This document shows, piece after piece, positions 19,267 to 28,567 of a stretch of DNA of 64,000 nt (its first letter is position 1; every line of letters begins with the position of its first letter). Origin of the DNA: Candidatus Binatia bacterium (GTDB lineage Bacteria; Desulfobacterota; Binatia; HRBIN30). The stretch covers positions 55,603 through 119,602 of the forward strand of contig JBBRSP010000015.1 of assembly GCA_038245295.1 (NCBI GenBank). The letters are read 5' to 3'. The position numbers and the translations under genes were made by a program. Under the pieces are notes generated by a model. It saw only the letters and a list, made by a program, of their open reading frames with translations. It had not been told where the DNA came from and searched no databases.

Positions 19267-20240
19267 GCTTCCCGGAGCAGCGACCCCGCCGCCTGCGGCG
19301 TACCGAAGCGATCCGCAAGATGGTGCGCGAGACGCGTCTGAGCGTCGACGACCTCATCATGCCCCTCTTTGTCGTTCCCGGTACGAACGTGCGCCATCCG
19401 ATCGGCAGCATGCCCGGCGTCGCCCAACTTTCGGTCGACCTACTCGTAGAAGAATGTCGCGAGCTCCTGGGGCTCGGTGTTTCTGCGGTCATCTTGTTCG
19501 GCATTCCCACCACCAAAGACGCCGTCGGTTCGGACGCCTACAGCGACAATGGTATCGTTGCCGTCGCCGTCCGCGCTCTAAAGAAGGCCCTACCGAAACT
19601 GGTCGTCATCACCGACGTCTGTCTCTGCGAGTACACGGACCATGGCCATTGCGGTGTCATCGTGGACGCCGATGTCGACAACGATGCAACCATCGAACTC
19701 CTGGCGCGCGAGGCGTTGGCGCACGCGCGAGCCGGTGCCGACATGGTCGCACCATCTGACATGATGGACGGACGCATCGCGGCAATTCGTGAGAAGCTGG
19801 ACGATGAGGGCTTCAACCAGACACCGATCATGGCCTACGCGGCGAAGTTTGCCTCCGGTTTCTACGGTCCGTTCCGCGAAGCAGCGCAGTCGACGCCGCA
19901 GTTCGGTGATCGTCGCTCGTACCAGATGGATCCGGCCAACGGCCTCGAAGCGTTGCGTGAAGTCCAGCTGGATATCGAAGAAGGGGCGGACATCGTGATG
20001 GTCAAGCCCGCCCTGCCCTATCTCGATCTGGTGTGGCGCGTGAAAAAGGAATTCGGCTACCCCGTCGCGGCGTACAATGTCAGCGGCGAGTACGCCATGA
20101 TCAAAGCGGCAGCCCTGCAGGGCTGGCTCGACGAGGAACGTGTCATGATGGAAACGTTGACCTCGATCCGGCGCGCCGGCGCCGACTTGATCCTGACGTA
20201 TTTTGCCAAGGACGCGGCGCGGGTCCTGGCGCGGCGCTGA
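19263..20240 (+). CDS. hemB: Porphobilinogen synthase (Zn-type)
   Basis: 'RPRRLR', '[14 protein letters not shown]', '[10 protein letters not shown]', 'MVKPA'; ATGA overlap with cobA/hemD. Confidence 0.97.
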   Translation: MSFPEQRPRRLRRTEAIRKMVRETRLSVDDLIMPLFVVPGTNVRHPIGSMPGVAQLSVDLLVEECRELLGLGVSAVILFGIPTTKDAVGSDAYSDNGIVAVAVRALKKALPKLVVITDVCLCEYTDHGHCGVIVDADVDNDATIELLAREALAHARAGADMVAPSDMMDGRIAAIREKLDDEGFNQTPIMAYAAKFASGFYGPFREAAQSTPQFGDRRSYQMDPANGLEALREVQLDIEEGADIVMVKPALPYLDLVWRVKKEFGYPVAAYNVSGEYAMIKAAALQGWLDEERVMMETLTSIRRAGADLILTYFAKDAARVLARR

Positions 20241-20255
20241 GCCGCGGCCTGGGTT

Positions 20256-20573
20256 TCAGCGATTCGGGCGGTCCTTCCACTTTTCGTACTTGCGTTCGAG
20301 CTGTGCCCGTTGAGCCGGGGTGAGTTGCTGGAAGCGTTCGTAGTTGCGGCGAACTTTTTCTTGTTCCTGGGGCGGTAGATTGCGCCATCGTTCGAACCCT
20401 TCGTCGATGGCCTGCTGTTTTTCGGCTGGGGCGCTCTCGTATTGCCGGTAGTTACGCATGGCGTCGTAGCGCTGGCGTGGACTGAGGTCTTGCCACGCCT
20501 GCGCCATCGTTGCCGCCGGCCGCAACACGGCAAGGGCCAACGGCAGCAGGAGGATACGCCACTCAACCCGCAT
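20256..20573 (-). CDS. DUF3106-like secreted helical-repeat protein
   Basis: Signal peptide, repeats 'WQDLSPRQR', 'WRNLPPQEQ', 'FQQLTPAQR'; GAGGAG RBS. Confidence 0.8.
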   Translation of the reverse strand: MRVEWRILLLPLALAVLRPAATMAQAWQDLSPRQRYDAMRNYRQYESAPAEKQQAIDEGFERWRNLPPQEQEKVRRNYERFQQLTPAQRAQLERKYEKWKDRPNR

Positions 20574-21066
20574 CGGTGGGCGTCTCCTCTTCGAGTTGCA
20601 CCGCCTCGACCGTATCGAGGTTTTCCAGGATTTCGAGCCGCTCGATGATCGGGTATTCCTGAAACAAGGTTGGCTTGCTCTGAACCTTGGCTGGCGGGCG
20701 CTTGGCACCCATCGGAACGAGAACTCCCGCCGGCCCGCCAAGGGTGCCCAGCGTGACCACAAGAGTCATGCCGGCCGCGGCACTGAACAGCGCCAGGCCA
20801 CGTAGACCCAAGAATCGATAGCGGGGCGACTCCTCTTGCATCGCTCCCTGAAGTCGGGTCCACAGCAACCCCACCGAGGGCTCGGGTAGGAGAGTTCGTC
20901 GCAACAAGGCCGTTTGAGCAACAACGGCGCAGCGCAGTAGGGCGGCCTCCGCGCGGCAGGCCTCACAGGTTGCCAGATGGCGATCGAAGCCATGACGTGA
21001 TCGCCCTTGCAGTTCACCGTCCACCCAGGCGGTGAGCTCCTCGCGTACGCGACGACACGAATCCAC
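20563..21066 (-). CDS. ZAS (zf-HC2) anti-sigma factor
   Basis: 'C..VREELTAWVDGEL...HLATCEAC' (HxxxCxxC), single TM; GTG 21066 overlaps the sigma stop. Confidence 0.85.
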   Translation of the reverse strand: MDSCRRVREELTAWVDGELQGRSRHGFDRHLATCEACRAEAALLRCAVVAQTALLRRTLLPEPSVGLLWTRLQGAMQEESPRYRFLGLRGLALFSAAAGMTLVVTLGTLGGPAGVLVPMGAKRPPAKVQSKPTLFQEYPIIERLEILENLDTVEAVQLEEETPTDAG

Positions 21067-21719
21067 TAGTTCCCCTCTCCCTGCAGACGCCCGCGTAGCG
21101 TCACGGTCGCCCGATGAACCAGGCTCTTGATGGCCGAGACTGAACAGGACAGCGTTTCGGCAACTTCTTCGTAGGACATGCCTTCGACGCGAGCCAGCCA
21201 AAGAGCGGCGCGTTGCTGCGGCGGGAGGGCAGCCATCTCGCCGCGAATCCGCAGCAGGGATTCCTCGCTCAACAGATTTTCCTCGGCCGTGTGGCTGGCC
21301 GCGTCTGCCACCTGAGGTGGAGCATCATCGTCGGCGTGGCGTGGCTGATTGAGGGAGAACCCGCGCATCCGGCGTTCGGCCCGGCGCCCTTCGCTGATGC
21401 ACGCATTGGCCGCGATCCGGTACAACCATGTCGCAAAGCGAGCTCTCGGCTCGTAGCGCTCCCGGTTGCGAAACACCTGTAGAAACACATCTTGAGTGAT
21501 CTCTTCGGCGCGGGCACGTGAGCCTACAAAGTGCATCGTAAATCCAATCACCGCCGCGGCGTGTTTTTCGAAGAGCAGTCGAAATGCCTCCTGATCACCG
21601 ACTTTGACGGCCAGCATCAGTCGAACATCTGCATCTTGCTCCAGCACCTCCGCGTCGTCCGCAGTATCTAACGCACGCATGTGTCGAGGGTTGCGCTCCA
21701 TGCACTCCTGGGGCGCCAC
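21066..21719 (-). CDS. ECF sigma-70 factor (start uncertain)
   Basis: 'AEEITQDVF', 'FATWLYRIAAN', 'MSYEEVAETL...IKSLVHRA'. Confidence 0.93.
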   Translation of the reverse strand: MAPQECMERNPRHMRALDTADDAEVLEQDADVRLMLAVKVGDQEAFRLLFEKHAAAVIGFTMHFVGSRARAEEITQDVFLQVFRNRERYEPRARFATWLYRIAANACISEGRRAERRMRGFSLNQPRHADDDAPPQVADAASHTAEENLLSEESLLRIRGEMAALPPQQRAALWLARVEGMSYEEVAETLSCSVSAIKSLVHRATVTLRGRLQGEGN

Positions 21720-21779
21720 AAGGACGCCGTATTCTTCGTAGTAGAGGGCCTCTTGGATTGCTACACTCCGTCAACCTGC

Positions 21780-23618
21780 ATGGCAACGCCGTCGACAACC
21801 GTGTCCCTGCGCGCCTACACGCGCGAGATCGAGCTATTGGTCGCGCGCCGGGTTTCAACCGCCGTGGGCCTCATCATCATGTTCACGGCCATGTTCGGGA
21901 TCCTCGAATATCGTTTCCATCCCCAGCGCCAGTGGAATTTGCTCGGGTTGTTGGCGTTAGACATCACCGCCGCGTCCTTTCTCCTCTCGACGCGCGTCCG
22001 CCTGATGCGACGCCGCAAGCTCAGCCTGGCCACGGCTCTTACCGTAGGAGGGAGTTGCGTCGGCCTGGTCATCTACTCGGGGCGCGTTGGCGGCGACACC
22101 ATGGTCTTGGCGACGCTCCTGGTCTGCATTCTGACCGCCACATCGATCATCTTGCCCTGGCGGGTCGCCGGGCAGACGCTGGCCGCCACCGCGGCCGTGA
22201 TCGCCTTCGCCATCCATGTGTACGTCAACCCATCGCCAACGACCTCGGCACTCTACCCGCTCTTCGCTCTTGGTTCGGGCGCTCTGGTGTCGATGTTCGG
22301 AGCCCAGTATCTCGACTTGCAACGCCTCGCCATCTTCCGCGAGAGTGTGGCTCGCGATGACGCGGCCGTCGTTTCACGATCGCTGCTGCGCATCGCCGGC
22401 GATCTCAATTCGACCCTGGAAGCAGAAACCGTCATCAATCAACTGGTTCAAAGGGTCCGTGAATCCTTGTCATGCGACTTCGGTGTCCTCTTGCTTTGGG
22501 ATGACCATCGCCACACGTTCCGCATCGTCGCCGGCACTTCGGAGCGACGCGAGATGGTCGAAGAGGCGAAGGGCCTCGAGTTTCAACCGAGCAATTACGA
22601 AACCTTGAACCGAATCATGGCCGAACACGGCATCGCCGAGATTTCGCCGTCGCAGCCGATCGATGACGCGGTCGTGGCCACGATCCGCCACTTTGGCATA
22701 CAGCGAATGCTACTCGCCTCGATGTCGCGCGCCGAGCGCGTCGTTGGCTTGATGGTGGCGGGTCGGCTGCGTAGCGCTGAGCCCTTCACGTCGCGTGACC
22801 AGAGCCTGGTGCTCGGAATGTCGCAACAGGCGGCCGTGGCGATCGAAAATGCCCAATTGGTAACCAACCTACGGCGCGCCGACCGGCTGAAGTCGGAGTT
22901 CGTCTCGACGATGTCGCATGAGCTGCGTACACCGCTCAACATCATCCTCGGCTATGCCGATCTGCTCGCCGAGGAGGCGTTCGGCGAAATTTCCGCCGAG
23001 CAACAAGACACCGTTCAGCGCATTCATCACCAGGCGCACGACCTGCTGTCGCTCATCAACGCTACACTGGACGTCAATCGCCTCGAAGCCGGCACCATGC
23101 CTCTGGAGACCGAAGACTTCCGTATCAGCGATTTCATCGCCGAGTTACGTCTGCAGACCGACTTGCTGGCGCGCGCCGAGGCGGTGACATTGAGTTGGCG
23201 CGTTCACAGTGACGGGATCCTGCGCAGCGATCCGCGCAAGTTGAAGATCATCCTACGCAACCTGATCAGCAACGCGCTGAAGTTTACCGATGCCGGAGCG
23301 GTGACCATCGACGTTCGGTGCCAGCCCGGACAGAGTGCGGAGTTCGTCGTCTGCGACACCGGCATTGGCATCCCCGAATCGGAGCTCACCAACGTCTTCG
23401 AAATGTTTCAGCAAGTACGGGTTCCAACCCGCGCCGTCAGCGGTGTCGGCTTGGGGTTGTATATCGTGCGACGCTTCGTCGATCTGTTGAACGGTACGGT
23501 GGCACTGACAAGCAAAGAGGGCGCCGGCACGACATTCCGCCTGACGATCCCAGAGCTACAGGGGGAACGCTATCAGGCCACCAGCAACGCGACGCACTCT
23601 TCGCCCGTCGGCGTCTGA
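21780..23618 (+). CDS. Membrane GAF-HisKA-HATPase histidine kinase (no response regulator nearby)
   Basis: About 6 TMs with 'LPW', GAF 'AAVAIENA', 'MSHELRTPL', 'NALKFT', 'DTGIGI', 'GVGLGL'. Confidence 0.93.
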   Translation: MATPSTTVSLRAYTREIELLVARRVSTAVGLIIMFTAMFGILEYRFHPQRQWNLLGLLALDITAASFLLSTRVRLMRRRKLSLATALTVGGSCVGLVIYSGRVGGDTMVLATLLVCILTATSIILPWRVAGQTLAATAAVIAFAIHVYVNPSPTTSALYPLFALGSGALVSMFGAQYLDLQRLAIFRESVARDDAAVVSRSLLRIAGDLNSTLEAETVINQLVQRVRESLSCDFGVLLLWDDHRHTFRIVAGTSERREMVEEAKGLEFQPSNYETLNRIMAEHGIAEISPSQPIDDAVVATIRHFGIQRMLLASMSRAERVVGLMVAGRLRSAEPFTSRDQSLVLGMSQQAAVAIENAQLVTNLRRADRLKSEFVSTMSHELRTPLNIILGYADLLAEEAFGEISAEQQDTVQRIHHQAHDLLSLINATLDVNRLEAGTMPLETEDFRISDFIAELRLQTDLLARAEAVTLSWRVHSDGILRSDPRKLKIILRNLISNALKFTDAGAVTIDVRCQPGQSAEFVVCDTGIGIPESELTNVFEMFQQVRVPTRAVSGVGLGLYIVRRFVDLLNGTVALTSKEGAGTTFRLTIPELQGERYQATSNATHSSPVGV

Positions 23619-23633
23619 CCAATCGGGTCGGCC

Positions 23634-24044
23634 TTATCGGGCCCGGGCCCGGGCCGTCTTCTTTGCGGCGCTCTTCTTGGCCGGAGCGGCCTTGCTCGCC
23701 GCCTGCCGCTTGGCCACCGGCCGTCGCTTGCTATCGCGTTCGGCAGGCTTCTTGGCAGCTGTCGCACGTGACCCGTTGGAGCTGCTCGATTTGACCGCAA
23801 CAGCTCGAATCACCTGGTACTTTACCTTCGACGCAAGCTGGCCGTAAAGCATGTTGAGACGTTCAAAATCACGTCGTCGCAACGCCTCTTCCATGCGTTG
23901 ACGGTGATCTTCCAGATAACTGATCTGGAATTGTCGTTTCAGAATGCGAATACGGTCCGGAACCTTCTCGCGGCTCTGGATTACGTGAACGATTTCGTGG
24001 AGTATTGCCGAATCAAGGCGCGCCACCAGCCCCTCCCGCGGCAT
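23634..24044 (-). CDS. Hypothetical protein with Lys/Ala/Arg-rich C-terminal tail
   Basis: Helical N-terminal part and 'AAKKPAE...KAAPAKKSAAKKTARARAR' tail; start uncertain (24044 or 24092). Confidence 0.6.
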   Translation of the reverse strand: MPREGLVARLDSAILHEIVHVIQSREKVPDRIRILKRQFQISYLEDHRQRMEEALRRRDFERLNMLYGQLASKVKYQVIRAVAVKSSSSNGSRATAAKKPAERDSKRRPVAKRQAASKAAPAKKSAAKKTARARAR

Positions 24045-24129
24045 CACAACTGTTGCGCGTATCCGCTGGCGCTGGCGTGTAGCACGATTCAATTGGCAGG
24101 CAAAGGAAATTTCCGGTCAATTGCTTGCA

Positions 24130-25332
24130 TTATGGTGGTGGCGGGACACTCGCGACAGTCCCAACGGGTCGTCGGGACGTCGCCAGGCATTGTCGGGCCG
24201 CCTCCCGTGCCCAGCCATCCGCCGCCAACAGGGTGTCGAGGTCGGTCGCCTCCAGCCGCCGGTGCGACTTGAGAATCTCCTCTAAGATTAGTGGGATAGA
24301 GGAGAATTCGACGGCACGATCGAGGAACGCGGCGACCACTTCTTCATTGGCGGCGTTGAGGACGGCGGGCAATGTGCCGCCGCCGCGCAGCGCCTCATAG
24401 GCCAGACGCAGACAGGGGAACTTCGTTGTGTCAGGCGGAAAAAATTCGAGCCGGCGCGCCTTCGGGAGATCCAGCGGGGGCAAGTGATCGAGCCGCAGGC
24501 GCTCTGGAAAGGCCAGAATGTAGCCAATCGGCACCGACATGTCGGGAATTCCCATCTGCGAAATAACCGACCCGTCGATATACTCGACCATCGAGTGGAC
24601 GATACTTTGCGGATGGATTACGACGTCGATCTGATCGGCGGGTAACCCGAACAGCCAGTGCGCCTCAATGACCTCGAGGCCTTTGTTCATCAAGGTTGCG
24701 GAATCGATGGTAATCTTGCTGCCCATTTTCCAGGTCGGGTGCTTCAGGGCATCTTCGAGACTCACCCGCGCCATGGCCGCGACGGTCGTGTGAAGGAATG
24801 GGCCTCCGGAGGCGGTCAAGACGATCCGCTTGACGTCCTCACGCCGATGGCCGCGCAGGGATTGGAAAATGGCGTTGTGTTCGCTGTCGAGGGGAAACAG
24901 TTGTACACCTTTGCGTTGCGCCGCCTGGGTGACCAACGCGCCGGCAACGACCAGCACTTCCTTGTTTGCCAGCGCCACATCCTTCCCGGCTTCGATTGCA
25001 TGCAACGTAGGCAGAAGCCCGAGGGCGCCAACCAGCGCGGAGACAACCAAGTCCGCTGATTCGGCCGTCGCCACGGCATCCAACCCTTCGGGCCCGGTCA
25101 GCAGGACACCCTGGTAGCGCGGAGCGTAACGGACGAACTCGGCGGCCGATGCCGCATCGGCGACCGCGACGATCTTCGGGCGGAACCGTTCCACCTGCTC
25201 GGCAAGCCGTTCCATGCGTTTCCCTGCGGCGAGAGCCACAACTCCAAAACGCTCGGGGAAGCGACCCACCACGTCCAAGGTTGTAACGCCAATCGAACCG
25301 GTCGATCCGAGGATCGCAAGACGCCTATTCAT
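24130..25332 (-). CDS. dxr: 1-deoxy-D-xylulose-5-phosphate reductoisomerase
   Basis: 'ILGSTGSIG', 'LANKE', 'PLDSEH', 'LTASGGPF', 'HPTWKMGSKITIDSATLMNKGLE'. Confidence 0.97.
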   Translation of the reverse strand: MNRRLAILGSTGSIGVTTLDVVGRFPERFGVVALAAGKRMERLAEQVERFRPKIVAVADAASAAEFVRYAPRYQGVLLTGPEGLDAVATAESADLVVSALVGALGLLPTLHAIEAGKDVALANKEVLVVAGALVTQAAQRKGVQLFPLDSEHNAIFQSLRGHRREDVKRIVLTASGGPFLHTTVAAMARVSLEDALKHPTWKMGSKITIDSATLMNKGLEVIEAHWLFGLPADQIDVVIHPQSIVHSMVEYIDGSVISQMGIPDMSVPIGYILAFPERLRLDHLPPLDLPKARRLEFFPPDTTKFPCLRLAYEALRGGGTLPAVLNAANEEVVAAFLDRAVEFSSIPLILEEILKSHRRLEATDLDTLLAADGWAREAARQCLATSRRPVGTVASVPPPP

Positions 25333-25357
25333 TCGACTCCGCCTTCTCCGACACCGA

Positions 25358-26491
25358 CTAAAAGAGGCTCTCCCACATGGTTGCCTTTTCGATTGTGTCC
25401 ACCGCCAAAGCCGGCACCGTCCCCACGACATTGGTCCCGTCGCGCACCACCAGTTCGCCGACCTGTTGGCGGGCTCGCAACGGGGCTTCGAGATTCGAGT
25501 TGAGCGCCAGCTGCAGCGCAAACTGGCGTTTCTCGCCCCGCTTGGCAAGCACACTGAGGGTGCGGCCGGCAACAATGCGCACGAACCGCGGTCGCCCGTT
25601 CTTGATCGGCACATCGCTGGCGATTGGATCGCCCTCTTTCACGGCCGTTTGGGAGTAGTACTCGGCAAAGCCGCGGTTGAGCAACACCAGCGCCTCACGG
25701 AAGCACGTGGGCTTTTCCGCCGCGCCCATGATCACGGCGATGAGGCGCAGGCCGTCGCGGCGACCGGTGGCCGTTACGTTGAATCCAGACTCGCGAATGT
25801 AGCCCGTCTTGAGGCCATCTACCCAGGGAACCTCGCGGAGCAGCCGGTTGGTATTGGTCAGCACCATCGATCCGCCGCGGAACGTCGTCTCCTTGAGACT
25901 CGACCACTGTAGAATCTCGGGATGTCGCAGCACCTCGGTGGCGACCCGCCCCATATCGGCGGCACTGCTGACGTCGCCGGCCTGCCCCTTTTCGGGAGGC
26001 AACCCGTGCACCGTTGCATAGGTGGTCTCCTTCATCCCGAGTTCCCCGGCGCGTTTGTTCATCGCCGCAACGAAGGCATCGACGCTGCCGGAGATGGTCT
26101 CGGCGACGGCGACGGCCGCATCGTTCGCCGAGTGAACGACAATCGCCGCCATCATTTCCTTCAATGGGAAGACTTCGCCAGGCTTGAGGAACACTTGCGA
26201 GCCGCCCATCGACGCCGCCCGCGCCGAAACGGCGATCGGATCATCCCACCCAAGCTTGCCTGCCTGGACGCGTTCGAGCACCAGCAGCATCAGCATCATC
26301 TTGGTCATCGACGCCGGCGGTGTCTTGAGATGCGCTTCTTGCTCGAACAGGATCTGTCCCGATTCGGCGTCCACCAACACCGCCGAGCGAAAGCCTTTCG
26401 CACCCGCAGCCGGGCTCGCCGACGACGCGGCAGATGTCGCGCGGCCAGCCAACAACAGGGCGGCGCAGCCCATGGCACACAAGAGTTTCAT
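25358..26491 (-). CDS. D-alanyl-D-alanine carboxypeptidase (PBP5/DacA family, S11)
   Basis: Signal peptide, SxxK 'ASMTK', SxN 'SAN', 'KTG', PBP5 C-terminal domain. Confidence 0.93.
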   Translation of the reverse strand: MKLLCAMGCAALLLAGRATSAASSASPAAGAKGFRSAVLVDAESGQILFEQEAHLKTPPASMTKMMLMLLVLERVQAGKLGWDDPIAVSARAASMGGSQVFLKPGEVFPLKEMMAAIVVHSANDAAVAVAETISGSVDAFVAAMNKRAGELGMKETTYATVHGLPPEKGQAGDVSSAADMGRVATEVLRHPEILQWSSLKETTFRGGSMVLTNTNRLLREVPWVDGLKTGYIRESGFNVTATGRRDGLRLIAVIMGAAEKPTCFREALVLLNRGFAEYYSQTAVKEGDPIASDVPIKNGRPRFVRIVAGRTLSVLAKRGEKRQFALQLALNSNLEAPLRARQQVGELVVRDGTNVVGTVPALAVDTIEKATMWESLF

Positions 26492-26709
26492 GTTGTGAGT
26501 TGTCGCAGTTCGTCTTCCAACCAAACCAACCACTCGTCCAGCGGTTGCTCGGCATCAACCAAGATCTCGAACTTCCCGCCAGGCAAGCGTCGCACCGCCC
26601 CCGGGCGTGCCGGTTTGAGCGGGATGATCACCGCCTCGCGCGAGATGTCCAAACGTTCGAGAACCTCGAACACACGTTCGATTTCCTTGAGGGTAACGGC
26701 CTGCAGCAC
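26488..26709 (-). CDS. Small hypothetical protein coupled to the carboxypeptidase gene
   Basis: 73 aa, protein-like composition; its stop overlaps the downstream ATG (ATGA). Confidence 0.6.
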   Translation of the reverse strand: MLQAVTLKEIERVFEVLERLDISREAVIIPLKPARPGAVRRLPGGKFEILVDAEQPLDEWLVWLEDELRQLTT

Positions 26710-26834
26710 CGCGGCAAACCTACCAGAGCGATGCACCGCTCGGAAGTGGAATCGCGGCGTTCTTTGCGGAGACGACGCGACGCCCGACGCTTTCTCTTGG
26801 GTCGATCCATGCCAAGAAACGCCGCACAGCTTTC

Positions 26835-27570
26835 ATGGATCATCCGACCACAGCCCGGCCCGTGCCTAGCCGTTCGCCAGCCTCGCGCCCCGAACCGGCG
26901 TCAAGCGAACTCACGGCGCGACTACGCGGCGGGATCTGGGCAGCATTGGCCCAACCCGCGCTGTTCATCCCCTACGATCTGGCCATGCGGCCGAGCAAGC
27001 TGCGCCTTCTATTCCTCATGAAAGCCCTATCGGTATTCCTTGGGCTGGGCGCACTCGTACGGATCCGTCGGCCGCGCGCCGAGCTCGAAGTCTGCCTGAT
27101 CGCCCTGGTCGCCGTCACCGCCATGTACGTGACCGTGGCGGACAGGGGATTCTGGTCAAAGATCCGCTAACGACGCCGGTGATTCTGTCGGCGTTGACGA
27201 TGGCAACCGCAATGATCTTGCCGTGGGGAGCCCGATCGCAAGCAGTCAGTGCCATCGTCGCTGCACTCGCGGTATTCGCCAGTCAACACATGGTGAAGCC
27301 GGCCGCCGATGCAAACAGTTTCTACCTGGCGGCGGGCTCTTTCGCGATCTTTCTCGGGTCAATCCACCTCGCCACCGAGCTCGACCTGAATCGTCGTCAG
27401 CGCAGCGCCAGTGAGCGGGCCTCGAAAACCAACGAGGAACGCTTGGTCCGCACGATCGACGCCACCAGTCAGGGAATTTGGGACTGGCAAGTAGAGAGCA
27501 GCGACGTGCGCATTTGATCCACGCTGGCTGGCAGTCCAGGGGTATCCGGCCGAAGACATCGGCACCGGCA
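26835..27570 (+). pseudogene. Frameshifted, truncated membrane sensor (LPW-type TM domain plus start of a PAS domain)
   Basis: 'ATAMILPWGARSQA' resembles 'ATSIILPWRVAGQT' of the 21780 kinase; frame changes near 27140 and 27511 ('GIWDWQVESSDVR' continues as 'FDPRWLAVQGYPAED'); runs into the convergent gene. Confidence 0.75.
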
Positions 27571-27571
27571 C

Positions 27572-28567
27572 TCAGACATACGGAGCAACCCGTTCACGGT
27601 AGCGGCGCGACGGATCGTCGACCAACCCCAGGCGTAGGGCACAATCGAACAAGAGGATGCGATCACTCTGCGGGCGGCGCGGTGCCGCCGGGTGGATGTG
27701 ATCGGACAGCAATCCCCCCGTCAAATGAAGGAACAACGCCGCGGAATGTTTGTACGCTGGTACCGGACTGCGGAATCCAACATTGCCAAGATGCTGTAAG
27801 GCGTCGTTGCGGGCGCTGAAATCGAGCCCGTCCTGCGCCAGCTGCCGGTCTCGTTCGGCGAACGCCTCCGGCGCGAAGGTCGACAATCCCAGGAGATAGT
27901 CGCTGCCATAAGCCACCATATCGATGGCCAGATCGTTGCCGGTGTAGATACGAAATTCCGGCCGTTCCGCATCGCGCGCCGTCAAACGACGGAGCTCCGT
28001 GGCACGATCCAACGAAGAGTGTTTGGCGCCGCCAAGAGCCGGGATCGCCATGATCCGGGCAAACGTTTCGTCATCCCAGATCTCGCCGTGCGGCGCAAAG
28101 ACCGGGCTCAGCTCGAAGGCCAAGGCGCGTTGCAGAGGCTCGCAAATGGTCGCGTAGAACGCCGCTTTCGCCGCTGCGCCCAGGCCATGCATCGCCCGCG
28201 ACTGGACAATCACCGGAATCCCTGCGGATTTGACGATCGCCGCCGTGGACGCCGCATAACTCGTGGCATCACCAGCCGCTCCCGGGAACGCGCCGGCATA
28301 GAAAGGCGTGCTCGCGCCAAGGACACCCCGCGTCGCCGCCAGCACCAATGAGCGCTCGTGTTCACTCAGCAGATCGACGAAGCCGGTATCCATATTGACG
28401 GCCACATCGAGCCCCGCGGTATGGGTGCGCTGGACGTGCGCTTCGAACTGGGCCCAGTCGATCTTTCCCGTCGCTGTGTAGGGCAGGAGGACCGCCGAAA
28501 TACCATGGACACGGCGCGGTTGGATTCGAGCCAACGCTGCGCTCAACGAGATTTCTGCAGAGATCAC
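27572..28567 (-). CDS. Divergent dihydrodipicolinate synthase-family (class I aldolase-like) protein
   Basis: 'GISAVLLPY...IDW', 'VAVNMDTG', 'GAKHSS', 'YTGNDL'; GTG 28567 overlaps the upstream stop. Confidence 0.78.
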   Translation of the reverse strand: MISAEISLSAALARIQPRRVHGISAVLLPYTATGKIDWAQFEAHVQRTHTAGLDVAVNMDTGFVDLLSEHERSLVLAATRGVLGASTPFYAGAFPGAAGDATSYAASTAAIVKSAGIPVIVQSRAMHGLGAAAKAAFYATICEPLQRALAFELSPVFAPHGEIWDDETFARIMAIPALGGAKHSSLDRATELRRLTARDAERPEFRIYTGNDLAIDMVAYGSDYLLGLSTFAPEAFAERDRQLAQDGLDFSARNDALQHLGNVGFRSPVPAYKHSAALFLHLTGGLLSDHIHPAAPRRPQSDRILLFDCALRLGLVDDPSRRYRERVAPYV

